Position numbers and translations under genes: made by a program. Below the pieces are notes generated by a model that saw only the letters and a list, made by a program, of their open reading frames with translations, was not told the origin of the DNA and made no database searches. DNA of 64,000 nt from Veleropilina oligotropha (taxonomy: Eukaryota), in assembly GCA_048128005.1 (NCBI GenBank), contig JBEUKZ010000060.1, forward strand, positions 186,001 to 250,000. The letters are read 5' to 3'. Positions 26,701 through 36,599 of the stretch are shown in pieces. Each line of letters opens with the position of its first letter. The first letter of the stretch is position 1.

Positions 26701-29700
26701 GTAACAGTAGATTCTTTGATATAATCTGCCGAGGCGGCAGCCGAGGCAATTAGATCAAAGAATCTACTGTTACGAGAATGTTCACTGACTTAAATTACAC
26801 TGGTGACGTCATGACATGCTTTTGTGAAAATGCGGCTAGTTGAGCATAGAACAAAAACAGTAGATTAAGTTAACAATGCTGCGTTGTGAAGCGAAATGTA
26901 AACTTTGTCAATACTCACAAAAAGCGTGCTGCATGCGCCATCGAATCTTGGATTGCTCGACATAATAAAGCGTCCTATGTGCTTTGTATTCACTTCTCTA
27001 TCGTCATCTGATAGATATGGACGCAACACATCTTACCTCGAGCGATGATGACATTTTTATTACGCAAAATACTTAGCTACAATCGTTGGAATCTCGTGAA
27101 AATTACAATCCGATTATATCAGATATTTCTGATGAAGAACTTGTTTCTACGTGTGAAGCTATTGAAATAACTCATAGCATGAACAAAACTCCAAATTGTG
27201 TTAACCCTGACAAAGCTGATTCAAATCGGGCCTTAAAAGGTTTGTATAAATAAAACTATAGCTGTTTTTGCATGCACACGGCTTCCGTCCTCCGAAGCTC
27301 GACAAAATCGCTAATATGATAAAAGATGGCGATTACAAAATTAGGAGGTCGTTTGTCGGACATTGAATTTGTGCATATAATATGTTAACGCTTAATACTG
27401 TGTTGAGACGTGATACATCGGCGACATATTTCATGGTATCGAAGAACATTATCAGCAATGTATATATGTTACTCGGCGAGTGCCAGCACCACCAGTCGTG
27501 TAAACTTTTATTTTATTATATTTGAATCTGTGTTTTTGCGACCACTTTCAGAATATTTCACCGGTTTCGCAGTCCATATCTCAGCCGATATACCGTCGTA
27601 AAACTAAAGTGGTACAAATAGATAGCGGATTAAACTCCCAATTGCCAGCGTGTTTTAATCAAATGCTTGACACTAAACAAAGGGCGGCATAAAACCCCGT
27701 TACTCGTCATACTAAGGGTGACGTTAAACTTGTTATGCGATGCGACTGATCTAAACTGTTAAAAGAAGTTGATAAACTTTTGATTCATATCAAATATAAA
27801 ACTGAGCCATTTGAACTATGGTTTAATTACTTATATATAATACACCTTGTTATATTTCCAGGTTTTGCAAGAGTACACGAACGAAATGTGACTGGGCTGT
27901 TCGCCTTTTTAACGATTGGAAGGTAAACCGGAACGAAAACGCTATCATGAACCCAACGCTAAATATCAGCCCCATTAGATGCGAACTTGTTGAGATGACA
28001 GACGACGAATTATGCTACTCGTTAACACGTTTTGTTCTTGAGGTCAGGAAGAAGAATGGCGATGAGTTTCCACCCCAAACGCTCTATGAAATTGTAATTT
28101 GTATCCAGCTCTATCTCTCGATGTACGCGAGAGATGTCAAGTTTTTCGACGATAAATCGTTTGTAAGTTTAAAGAATACAGTAGATTCTCGGATGAAGGA
28201 GCTCAGTTCTTGTGGCAAGGTGACACCAACACGAAAGGCAGAAATCATGACTCGCGATGAAGAAGACCTACTATGGTCAAAGTCTCTGTTGGGCGACGAT
28301 ACCCCTCAGCAGCTATTGGATACGGTGTTGTATTTATTAGGGATTCATTTTGCGTTAAGAGCAGGCAAAGAACATAAGCAACTGCGTTATGGGGATAGCT
28401 CTCAAATTAAGATAAAGGTCGATCCTATTTCGCAATCGACCTTTTTGGAATATACTGAAGATGTGTCTAAGAATAGACAAGGGGGGCTGAAACATAGAAA
28501 AATCACCCCCAAGATTGTTACTGCCTATACCAACAAAATGAACCCAAATAGATGTGTTGTTCGTCTCTATGAGAAATATATCGGCTTAAGACCGACGGAC
28601 GCGAGGTGTAGCAGAGATTTATACTTGAGGCCTCTTCAAAAGCCAAAGGAGAACGTGTGGTATAGTTGTCAACCGCTAGGCATTCACAAGATCACAAGAA
28701 CAGTCTCTCGCTTGTGCCAAGCAGTTGGATTACAAGGATTTAGGAGTAACCATTCTCTGCGAGCGACAGCAGCCTCGCGTATGTATAATGATAAAATGGA
28801 CGAGCAGTTAATTTGCGAGAGAACAGGGCATAGATCAAATTCGGTAAGGTCGTACAAGCGGACAAGTACTGGTCAGTTAAAAGCAATTAGTGATGTCTTG
28901 TATGGAAATAATGTTCAATATGCTAATAGTGTTACGAGCGAGCCCAAATGCGTGTCTGAAATCGTTGTGCCGCAAAATCTACCAACTACGTCTGCAGTGC
29001 TTGTGAAGGAAAATGAGAGCGACGCCAATAGTGATGTAAAAGCCACTGTATCGATAAACATTTCGATCAACATTCCAAAATAGTGTTTTTCTTTAGAATA
29101 ATAAAATGTTTTAAATGACTGTCCTTGTTCATTTAATAGATCTGATATTATTTTCACGGAACTGCATTTTGTACATAGTCAACTGTTTTGTCAACATAAT
29201 CTACTGTTTTGCCAACATAATCTACTGTTTGGACAACTTAATCTACTGTTTCATATCTGATTGGTACATTCGTTAAAATAATATCCTGTTCGTACAATAG
29301 CATGACGTCACCAGTGTAGTTTAAAGATCAAGAACACCCAGTATAAATCAGATTTACTAGAGTTTAAGTAAGAGTTTTAAATATCATGCTGTTCATACAT
29401 GGGGATTTGTGCTGCCCAAATTTCTACAGTTTTATTACTATATTGATGAACCCTTTCCAGAGGAGCTAGATAGGCCTCTTGTTTAAATGTTGTCTAAGAC
29501 GATAAAATATTATCAAAGAAAACTATTTATTTAGTTTATGGATATAGATGTGGATGCCTTGTAAAAGGCCAGGGATGCATGCATTCTAACATGTTCTTGT
29601 CTAGATTGAATTCCACTGCTTTATCATTCTCTGTGCGCAGTCCAAATGAAAATAAAGCTGGTCTGACTATGTAAGAAAAGGATTTTCTGTGACATAAAAC

Positions 29701-32700
29701 TGCTGATTAATAGCGAGTTCATTGGGCCCGGGTTATGCCGACTTTCTGCTTACGCAAACATTCCGCTTGCTCATAATTTATCAAATCTAGAAACTTGTAC
29801 ACGTGCACTCATATGTTGCACTAGTAGACAATTGAACATATTTTTCTGTTTTGCAGTATATGGCTGAGCTAAATTGGAGTAAGTCGAGATGTACAGTCTA
29901 CCAGCAGAATCATGAGGAGGGAAGCGTATCGTCATATGAGGAATCTGGGTCCTCGTTGATGTACCTCCTCGAGTCGGACAGCATGGACGACAGCTGCTCA
30001 GAGGGAACAAACGATCAGCCACACATGTCACCCGAGGTACAATAAAGTAGCCAATCCACAATACACTACATGTCTCACACAACGTAGGCAATCCCAGGGT
30101 TAGAATTTAAAAAATAATTCCACCAATCCATACGGATTGATTGGCCAGTAGATTTACCAATCCACCACAATTTTTACCAATCCGTAATAATTATAACCTC
30201 GAATTGTTAAACAACGGCGACGTGAAATTTCGACCGGTTGCAGTTCACCACAGCCCGGGCTGCAAAGCACGTGGCACCTCAAAAGTGACCTCTGGCGCTT
30301 TCAATCTTGCTATTACTGCTGTACACGCCAACTTCATTGTTGTTAATGTATATTGACTTTTTAACTCATCTTCTACCCTTTCGCGCACGCGTACGACTCC
30401 GACATGTAGATGTGCAAGTCTAGCAGCGAAAAAAATTGAATGGAATAAACTCATTCCGGCTACTGCACGAAGTGTTTACGGAAAGAACCGACGCTGCTAA
30501 ACGAACCCGGATGTGGGAGAAATCATTGTCTTCCCGCCTTATCGCACATGATTATTACGGATATCTGCATTTTCTGCAAAAATTATCGCTGTGATATCAT
30601 TTATTATAGTAAATTTTCAAGTATTTGTTTCAAATATTTCATTTTATTATTGCATTAACGAGCAGAAGGTAATTGCCTTTCATGTACATTACTGCCAACT
30701 CCCTATGTCACGTGTTTCTCACAAAATGGCGCAGTTGTTTTCGTTCGCGAGTCGAAGTCAGATAAAGACAATTGGAACAACAATTGAAAACACATTTTGT
30801 TAAGTAGCTTTTTTACATTTGTTATGATATAAAAAACAACGTGATCATGAATAAAATTATATTTCTACGTATTATTATACCATATCGAATCTCGACGAAA
30901 ATGTGCATTCTCATGCTCGTAAAAGTTGCCAATCCCAACGGATTTCTACTACGATGTCCTAACAAATCCGGGACCAATCCGGCGTAAAAAAAGGCTCCGG
31001 ATTGACGGATTGGTGCCCAAATTCGAACCCTGCAATCCGCAAAAATTCTAACATGAGATCAAATAAAATAGGCAATCTGCTATACTGCTCACATAAGCTA
31101 ATAACATTGCATGGCACACACGAGATAAATATAAAGCAAACAATCTGCAACATAGAGGAGGCATTTTTTGTATCTAGATCATACAAGGTAACAATAAAGC
31201 AGGCAATCTACTGCATAGCTCACACAGGAAAACAAAAGCCGACTAAACTATCCATAATTTTTTTGTGATGATAAACATATGTATATTGTTTGTGACTGAC
31301 CATTTTATCGTTAGGGTTAGGGTTAGGGTCCTAACCCTAACCCTAACCCTGATTCACTCTTACTCAGAAACAGAAAGTCAAAGTTGAGAAACCCATGAAA
31401 ATGCGTCTTCCATATCATCCGACCTGGCTTCAAGCTGTGGACTGGACAGAAAACGTAAAGATGTGGTACCAGCTGCCAAAGACCACCATGCCACTCACCC
31501 TGGAAGATGATTGGTCTAAACTCTCACAATACCACCAATCAGCAGATGTGATGTCACAGCTTAATGAGCTCACAGAACTTGTGCAGACGGATTCAGCTCA
31601 CCAGACCGTGGTATGTATCAATAGGATATATTTCAACACTCAATAACTAGTAGTGTTCCACTAAACAGCATGCCTGATGGTAATCATTTCATATCCATAT
31701 ATCTTGACGAAGTGCTTTGTAAAACGATATGCATTAGATGAGAAACTTTTAAATAAGTTCGTATAAATTTGAGTCTTCAAGCACCTTAAAGTCTTTGCTC
31801 TATACATTTAGGACTAAAGGCCCTTTCACACCTGATGCGATTTTCGCAACGAAAATCGCAATGATTATCGTTACGATTTTCGTTATGATAGAAACAGCAC
31901 ATTACCACGGAGCCTTTCAGACACGATCCGATTGCCACAACGATACTTACAAAATCGCAACGAAAATCGTCGAGATAGGATCTGATCCTATCTCAACGAT
32001 TTTCGTTGCGATTTCGCATGCTAAATATAGTAAAAACAGGGTATTCCTTGTCACATGACCAGTAATTCCCAGCATATCCATACATGGGATTGACAAAATG
32101 GCATCATGCAGAAGACCACCAAAGAGGATATCATCGTACAAGAACAGCGGCATGACATCCTTTAATAAATCCATTCCAAGATTTAAAGATATTGAAATAT
32201 TATTATGCTTAGAAGATATGCAATCCGAATAAAATACGGAATTTGAGATGCATGTATAGTCTATACAGCCACTGAAACACTGATATAATAAAAATACAGA
32301 TGAAACAAAATGATAACCATATAAAATCAAACGTGTATCATGAATGGTAGTGGTAGCCGTTACGAAATTCGCATCTGGTGTGAAAACTCATAACGATTTG
32401 TCGTAACGATTATCGTTGCGAAAAATCGGACGCGTCTGGTGTGAAACGACCTTTAGTCACAGTGATCCTTAACAGTTTAACGTGGTGGTGCGTCTAGTTT
32501 TCTCAGGTGACTAGGCTATACCCCGTGGTAATATAGACATGTCCTGGTATGATCGGAAAGGTGATCAATGGAATATTAAGCGTTCAAATCTTCATCTTTA
32601 AGGGATAACAACAAAGAAATATTATTATAACATTTGAAATGAACAAAAAATAGCTATAATATACTTAATAAGCATTTATTGTCACAGTTGCAGTCCGTTT

Positions 32701-33128
32701 TCATGGTGAATGGGCTTTTCTTCTGCGATAATATGGACTTGTCCTGATATGATCCAAAAGATTGATAAAACGGGACAATATAAGCATCGATCCAAACCAA
32801 ATCGTATCCATTTTCATTGCAGGATGAAGAATCTGGATTCCTACTGTTTCCCAACAACTCCAAGTCATCCGCCAACCGCTCTTTTCGAAACTCCAACCAG
32901 TATGTGAACCCCCCACCTCCGATTGTTCCAGAGTTCGAAGGAGGTCCAGGTGTCAGTGCATCAAGGAGCCAGCTTCCCCATGCGTCAGGGGCAGAGCTCT
33001 CAACGACGACTGACATGCTGAAGGAATTCAATATGCCCGATGGATTGAATGTGGCAAAATCTATCGGTCAGGCGTTCTCATCCGCTTTAACAGCTCATCT
33101 CAAATTTGAAGAACTTTTTTGCACATAG
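2606..33128 (+). CDS. per: period circadian protein, 3' portion. 11 exons: 2606-2720, 4951-4990, 8636-8697, 9118-9215, 9892-9959, 10118-10191, 16804-17377, 18449-18579, 29857-30036, 31368-31610, 32823-33128. The 5' PAS exons lie upstream of the window.
   Basis: All exons have AG/GT boundaries and their phases chain into one open frame. PER-like motifs occur in the expected order: APEHPDVF (end of PAC), [12 protein letters not shown] (NES-like), [35 protein letters not shown] (CK1-binding region), [11 protein letters not shown] and [20 protein letters not shown]...EDDWSKL (Period_C). Confidence 0.88.
2983..4128 (+). mobile_element. Helentron/HINE-like element with ~120-150 bp internal tandem array
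   Basis: Sub-terminal inverted repeat gtatcccc (2985) / ggggatac (4088); 3' hairpin gtcac-tc-gtgac followed by CTAGTTTT; repeated ttcaaatttggtatgtgca...tccaagatggccgc units. Confidence 0.75.
4499..4860 (+). mobile_element. Degenerate HINE-like element
   Basis: ttgtatccc start and tcaaatttggtatg..gaggacacg..caagatgg units similar to 2983-4128. Confidence 0.45.
4951..4990 (+). CDS. per: per micro-exon ([13 protein letters not shown])
   Basis: tttcag acceptor and gtaagt donor; the only open frame matches the flanking phases (0 in, 1 out). Confidence 0.75.
5120..7997. repeat. 15-bp minisatellite (ACATACACTTCTCCA and variants), roughly 190 units, intronic
   Basis: Exact 15-nt period with one 4-nt insertion (cagt, ~7376-7379). 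The long ORFs in all frames follow from the stop-free unit. Confidence 0.97.
8636..8697 (+). CDS. per: per exon ([21 protein letters not shown])
   Basis: tttcag acceptor and gtgagt donor; phase 1 in, phase 0 out. Confidence 0.78.
8742..9011 (+). mobile_element. tRNA-derived SINE with a V-domain-like core
   Basis: B-box gggttcgaacc; ggtttccccaggcgaccgggctttcctc core; (cttt) tail; 12-bp TSD ctctctgcatgt (8730-8741 / 9012-9023). Confidence 0.85.
9118..9215 (+). CDS. per: per exon (LWEDSS...[13 protein letters not shown])
   Basis: tttcag acceptor and gtgaga donor; carries the conserved PER SYxQLN-type motif. Confidence 0.85.
9725..9803. mobile_element. Tiny piggyBac-like MITE
   Basis: TTAA on both flanks; TIR ctctttggcgtctg / cagaaggcaaagag. 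Confidence 0.55.
9892..9959 (+). CDS. per: per exon ([22 protein letters not shown])
   Basis: ttctag acceptor and gtaacc donor; completes the NIQRYLQS motif. Confidence 0.82.
10118..10191 (+). CDS. per: per exon ([25 protein letters not shown])
   Basis: tttcag acceptor and gtaaaa donor; phases consistent; Ser-rich. Confidence 0.78.
10436..11443 (-). pseudogene. Tc1 DD34E transposase with two frameshifts
   Basis: ATG at 11443 ([15 protein letters not shown]), HTH and RSGRPR, FSDES, QHDNA-x34-E ([12 protein letters not shown]), GGHTRY*; frameshifts near 11398 and 11220. Confidence 0.9.
11508..13481. mobile_element. Non-autonomous TIR element with GG...CC ends and 3-bp TSD (Zator/Harbinger-like), inserted in the Tc1 5' region
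   Basis: TIR ggccaaataaaa(a/t)tatatgtgtgtttcc; CAA duplicated at 11505-11507 and 13482-13484; ccctacctac subterminal motifs. Confidence 0.75.
13892..16499 (+). mobile_element. Academ DNA transposon, internally deleted, with ~630-bp TIRs
   Basis: TAGACTGG...CCAGTCTA ends, 3-bp TSD CTA, long inverted arms, and transposase remnants. Confidence 0.8.
14560..15540 (+). pseudogene. Academ transposase fragments
   Basis: [24 protein letters not shown] joined by a deletion to HIERAH*QTLIW and a C-terminal CKC..GC...CSCRK..L.C cluster. Confidence 0.75.
16804..17377 (+). CDS. per: per exon containing the CK1-binding-like motif and a basic NLS-like stretch
   Basis: tttcag acceptor and gtaagt donor; [18 protein letters not shown] and RSKKRK. 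Confidence 0.85.
17681..18431. mobile_element. Tandem dimer (375 + 372 bp) of a hairpin-headed non-autonomous Crypton-like element
   Basis: Each unit starts with a 47-bp-arm hairpin; GTAT occurs at both ends and at the junction; architecture matches the Crypton at 26678-29324. Confidence 0.6.
18449..18579 (+). CDS. per: per exon ([16 protein letters not shown]...TNRQ)
   Basis: ttctag acceptor and gtatta donor; phase 1 in, phase 0 out; Pro-rich. Confidence 0.75.
19090..21143 (+). mobile_element. 5'-truncated CR1-group (L2/Crack-like) LINE
   Basis: RT ORF without an endonuclease domain; 3' UTR ends in AATAAA plus a (TTA)n tail. Confidence 0.88.
19110..20894 (+). CDS. LINE ORF2 reverse transcriptase, N-terminally truncated but open
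   Basis: [60 protein letters not shown]. Confidence 0.88.
   Translation: MKNRDVWKYFNELNNKQAPSLPSELNYDSIKSTTTQDIADTFNKYFCELSDNLSTHIGSFNSNSLYEYIKEKTNGKVPYKLCYITELEVYESLQNLNVNKSAGIDKIGPKLIKLASPIITKSLCHIINTSIKNNTYPDLLKCAKVTPIHKSGSKTDPGNYRPISVLPVISKLIEKHVANSIHAYLNENNLLHKEQSGFRKSHSCQTALTKLTDTWISEINKGNITGVVYLDFKKAFDLVDHNVLISKLKCYNFDENAVAWIRSYLTNRRQEVCIGNTFSAPGKIKSGVPQGSVIGPLLFLIFINDLPFAIEHSNMDLFADDSTLHTSHPQIEQIQIDLSEDLKNIEEWCVNNKMHLNEVKTKCMLMTTAQKARHLDNIHLELNIKSISINNVSDHKLLGVHVDKFLRWDVQIDKVCKSLSSKIALLSRIKQYLRHQSRVLYFNAYIQPIFDYCLTIWGHCSNKDMDRLIKLQKRAARIILDKPYDAHSEPLFKELQWLRIDIRMQYQTAILVYKCINRIAPLYLQELFKGIQSNYVLRSVESGNVLLPKPNLEMFKNSFQYSGAVIWNNLPGLIKSSKNLNIFKAKCLDHLNNK
22717..23580 (+). mobile_element. 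Chimeric HINE-like element
   Basis: Duplicated tttagctccgct..agcggagct 5' module, then units of the 2983-4128 family, ending gtgactgagcgttCTAG. Confidence 0.6.
24161..24416 (+). mobile_element. tRNA-derived SINE, same family as 8742-9011
   Basis: A-box tagcgcagtcgg, B-box gggatcgaccc, V-like core, TSD tctttagatgag (24149-24160 / 24417-24428). Confidence 0.85.
26212..26280 (+). other. tRNA-like (Pol III A/B box) remnant, probably repeat-derived
   Basis: cagcgcaaacggttaagg...ggggttcgactccc; no intact cloverleaf acceptor stem. Confidence 0.35.
26678..29324 (+). mobile_element. Crypton (tyrosine-recombinase DNA transposon)
   Basis: TTTAA terminal direct repeat; 5' hairpin; 24-bp segment (26790-26813) inverted at the 3' end (29301-29324); YR gene inside. 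Confidence 0.82.
27862..29083 (+). CDS. Crypton tyrosine recombinase (DUF3504/ZMYM-QRICH1-like), main exon. A probable upstream exon from ~27017 carries an in-frame TAG.
   Basis: Catalytic set FALR, SKNRQGG, HSLR, TGH, VRSY; ttccag acceptor at 27861; upstream [19 protein letters not shown] segment. Confidence 0.85.
29857..30036 (+). CDS. per: per exon (YMAELNWSK...[11 protein letters not shown]...MSPE)
   Basis: ttgcag acceptor and gtacaa donor; 180 nt, phase 0 at both ends. Confidence 0.8.
30095..31032. mobile_element. hAT-like MITE with CAGGG ends
   Basis: TIR cagggtt(a/c)gaattt; caatcc duplicated on both sides (6 bp). Confidence 0.7.
31310..31350. repeat. Head-to-head telomeric-type repeat (TTAGGG)3 / (CCCTAA)3
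   Basis: gttagggttagggttagggtcctaaccctaaccctaaccct. Confidence 0.9.
31368..31610 (+). CDS. per: per exon, Period_C domain
   Basis: actcag acceptor and gtatgt donor; [20 protein letters not shown]...[24 protein letters not shown]. Confidence 0.87.
31818..32452. mobile_element. PIF/Harbinger-like MITE
   Basis: TIR aggccctttcacacc / ggtgtgaaacgacct, TAA/TTA flanks, internal palindrome at ~31957-32010. Confidence 0.72.
32823..33128 (+). CDS. per: per terminal coding exon
   Basis: ttgcag acceptor, open to TAG at 33128, followed by AT-rich 3' UTR-like sequence with AATAAA near 34426. Confidence 0.75.
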   Translation, partial: DEESGFLLFPNNSKSSANRSFRNSNQYVNPPPPIVPEFEGGPGVSASRSQLPHASGAELSTTTDMLKEFNMPDGLNVAKSIGQAFSSALTAHLKFEELFCT

Positions 33129-33731
33129 ATCGATGAAATATATTTTGGCTTTAACTAGTCATAATTTATACGTGTACATATATGTACATAATAGTTCATT
33201 CGCATGCACATACATTCATACAAATACATATTGATATCACTGTATATACCATCTTCATGTTATTTTTAATCTATAAGTATTTATATAAGTGCTTGGTAGT
33301 TGTATATATGTACTTGTCATTGCATTGCATTCCAGTTAGTGTTAATTTATTTGTATGTGCCTTGTGAATTCCTTTAACATATACAGTATATCATGTATAA
33401 GGCATTTCATGTTATCTTTGTTTATTTCGTCGGTACCTCATGTATACTATGTACTAATATCATATTTACATTTATCCTTCTCTTTGTGGTTAATATTGCT
33501 TATTCCATAGATATAGCTAAAAGTACTTTATATTGAAATTTAATTTATATTTGAGTAATTTGAAAATGTGAGCATATAATTTTATGGTGCTATTAATAGT
33601 TAGATATGTTGCATCTATTATTCGTATGGTTTAATGTAGTTATTCTATAAAATTTAAAGAAAAGGTACATTATTTACCTGTTTTATGACCAATGTTTTGC
33701 TTATAAGGCAATTTTACATTTTATTTCAAGT

Positions 33732-34149
33732 GACTATTGCTCGTAAATGCGCTCTTTTCGTGACTGTGTAGCATGACTGTTCAGCCTCGTTCGCACAGAC
33801 TGACACCAATTTCACGAAGTTATGATCAAATGATAGATTTGTATTTAAATTATTATTGTAACTGGGCAATATATATTATTGTCAAATAGAAATCTATCTT
33901 ACCTGACGAGCAGAAACCTACGCAACTTTGCCCCAACTAGATCAATTGGAAATGTCACTCGGTGCGAGGCAATTAAAAGCGGACCACTTTTAATTATTTT
34001 TACATCTTCAGTAGCGATCTATTTAAATCGTAGCAAATTACTGACAAAGGGCGAGTCCTGAAAATTTGTAACTTTTTATGTTATAAACAAAAAGTAATGC
34101 GGTTAGTTTTCTTTTCAAAGAAAAAAGAGCGCATTTACGGGCAATAGTC
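33732..34149. mobile_element. MITE with ~27-bp TIRs
   Basis: gactattgctcgtaaatgcgctctttt / aaaagagcgcatttacgggcaatagtc. Confidence 0.7.
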
Positions 34150-34539
34150 TATTTTAAAGTTTTGTGACTTTTTCTAATTTTAATATTATATTGCAATTAT
34201 TGGCAGAGTTTCAATTTTGGTCAGACTCGCTTGGAAAAAATATAGTAATATTGAATGTACCATTTCGGGGGATAATAGATCTAATATTGATGGCTTTGTC
34301 TTCATGTGTTGCTACTACTTTTTATTAATCTTTATCCATGTATTGTCAGCATCTTGTTGTGGTAAATATTTATGCATTAATTTTTGTCAATTGTCTGTAA
34401 ATTTATGAACACTATCAGATTACATAATAAAAATTTAAGACTATTTTTTGGTAGACTTAAATGCGGTGTATGCTCAAATACCACCATCTATTAATAACCT
34501 TATTATGAATCATTGTGTAAATGGTTTGGAAATATTAAT

Positions 34540-35600
34540 TTTCCACATTTTACGAAGTTTAGGGGGGGGCATATAGGAGTCAGCTTGTCTGTCTGTCCGC
34601 CGGCCGCTCCATATCTCGGACACTATTTGACCGAGGGACACGAAACTTGATGTGTGCATGCATCATAACCTAAAGGTGTGTTGCGTACCGAAAGTAGGTC
34701 ACCACGACCTATTTTTCATGCTTAACTGCACTGAATCCAAAATTCCCTTCCTCTCCATATCTCCCATACTATTTGACCGAGAGACCCGAAACTTGATGCG
34801 TGCATGCATCATAACCCAACGGTGTGTTGCGTACTGAAAGTAGGTCACCAAGACCTACTTTTCATGCTTGACTGCACTTTATCCAAAATTCCCTTCCGCT
34901 CCATATCTCCCATACTGTTTGGCTGAGGGACACGAAACTTGATGTGTGCATGCGTCATAACCCAAAGGTGTGTCACGTACCGAAAGTAGGTCACCACCGC
35001 CTACTTTTCATGCTTGACTGCTCTGAATCCAACATCCCCTTCCGCTCCATATCTCCCATACTATTTAGCTGAGGGACACGAAACTTGATGTGTGCATGCG
35101 TCATAACCCAAAGGTGTGTCACGTACCGAAAGTAGGTCACTGCGACCTACTTTTCAGACTTGCCCGCATTTGGACCAAAATTCCCTTCCACTCCATATCT
35201 CCCATACTAATTGACCAAGGCACACAAAACTTAAATGTGTTTATGCGTCGTAACCCAAAGGTGTGTCGCATACCAAAAGTAGGTCATCGCAACCTACTTT
35301 TCCCGCTTGACCACATTTGGTCCAAAATTTTGCATTCCATATCTTCAATACTATTTGACCGAGGGACATGAAACTTCGTATGTGTATGCGTCATAACTGA
35401 AAAGTATGTCGCGTACCAAAAGTAGGTCACCGCGACCTACTTTCCACACTTGACCGCATTCAGTCTAAAATTCCCTTCCGCTCCATATCTCCCATACTAT
35501 TTGACTGAGGGACATGAAACTTCATGTGTGTATGCAACAGCCTGATCCTGGGTCAAACGCTTTCGTGGGGGCATATGATCACTCCTGTGATAGTTCTAGT
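34540..35600 (+). mobile_element. HINE-like element with about seven ~146-bp tandem units
   Basis: (GTCT)n after the 5' module; repeated ccatatctcccatactatttgaccgagggacacgaaacttgatg units; 3' gggggcata..tcactcctgtga..CTAG. Confidence 0.75.
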
Positions 35601-35604
35601 TTGA

Positions 35605-36595
35605 TAGATTCTTAAAGTCGTGTATGTTTGCAACCTTCAGGTTCAAAGCAGGACATGTCCATATTATCGCTGGAGGAAAGCTCGGTCGCCCAGGAAACCC
35701 ACACTCTCCGGTCACTTACGGACAACTGAGATTGGTAACTGATCAAAGAATATCATTGACCAAACTGAGTTTTGAACCTACTCCTGTTAGTCAAGCCCGT
35801 CGCACAGGGACAACTTTAGTCGTTTGTGACGAGCAATTTTTGTCGTAAGCGATAAATAGTCAGGTGTCCGCACATGGGCAACTTTCATAAAAGAAAGTTA
35901 CAAGACATAGAAAACAATAATATCGGCTCTCATAAGGGTGTCAATATAAATGTGCCTTCGACGATGCCGTGCAATACAGCAGTGTAAAATAAAATTGTTA
36001 ATTATTGAGGAGGAAGAGCAAGTTTAATAGACCAATCTAGTGAAAGAGTTCCGAAATGAGGACCCAACTTATGGCCTAATTAAGCCACGTCATTGCATTA
36101 AATCAGACATCAGATGCTTCCTTCGATGCGTTGTCGGGGAAGAATGTGCTCTTCATTACGAATCGGACAACAAACGTGTGTAAAATCATCTAACATGGAT
36201 AATAATAATATAAATATTAGGCCTATATTATAGCGACTATTCTCTTTGTTCATTTGATTCTCCTGTAGTCGTAATTTTGAGTAATCACTTGATCACATGA
36301 TTTAACGGAGTATACTGATTGGTTGATAATCTCGTCGCAAGCGACAAACGTTGCTCATTCACCGCACACGGGTAACTTTTGTTTTTTGGTGAACAACTTT
36401 TGTTTTCAATATCAAACATGCTTGATATCATTTTTTGGCCGCAAGAGACAAAAATCGTCGTCGTCAGGCCACCGCACACGGACGACTAACATTGCTCGTC
36501 ACAAGTGACAAAAGCTGCCCTTGTGCGGCAGGCTTAAGCGCAATCGAGCCAGTGATTTCAGAGTAGGCACTCCAGATCACACGACTAGGGTGGCG
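35605..36595 (-). mobile_element. tRNA-derived SINE split by a Harbinger-like MITE (35794-36534)
   Basis: The SINE halves match the 8742-9011 family in reverse; MITE TIR agcccgtcgcacaggg..gtgacgagcaat; TCA/TAA 3-bp flanks. Confidence 0.72.
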
Positions 36596-36599
36596 AGTT

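Noticed and set aside
27947..29083. Host ZMYM/QRICH1/KCTD1-type gene
   Set aside because: It retains the full YR catalytic set and is bounded by transposon-like ends inside a per intron, so it is a Crypton rather than a domesticated gene.
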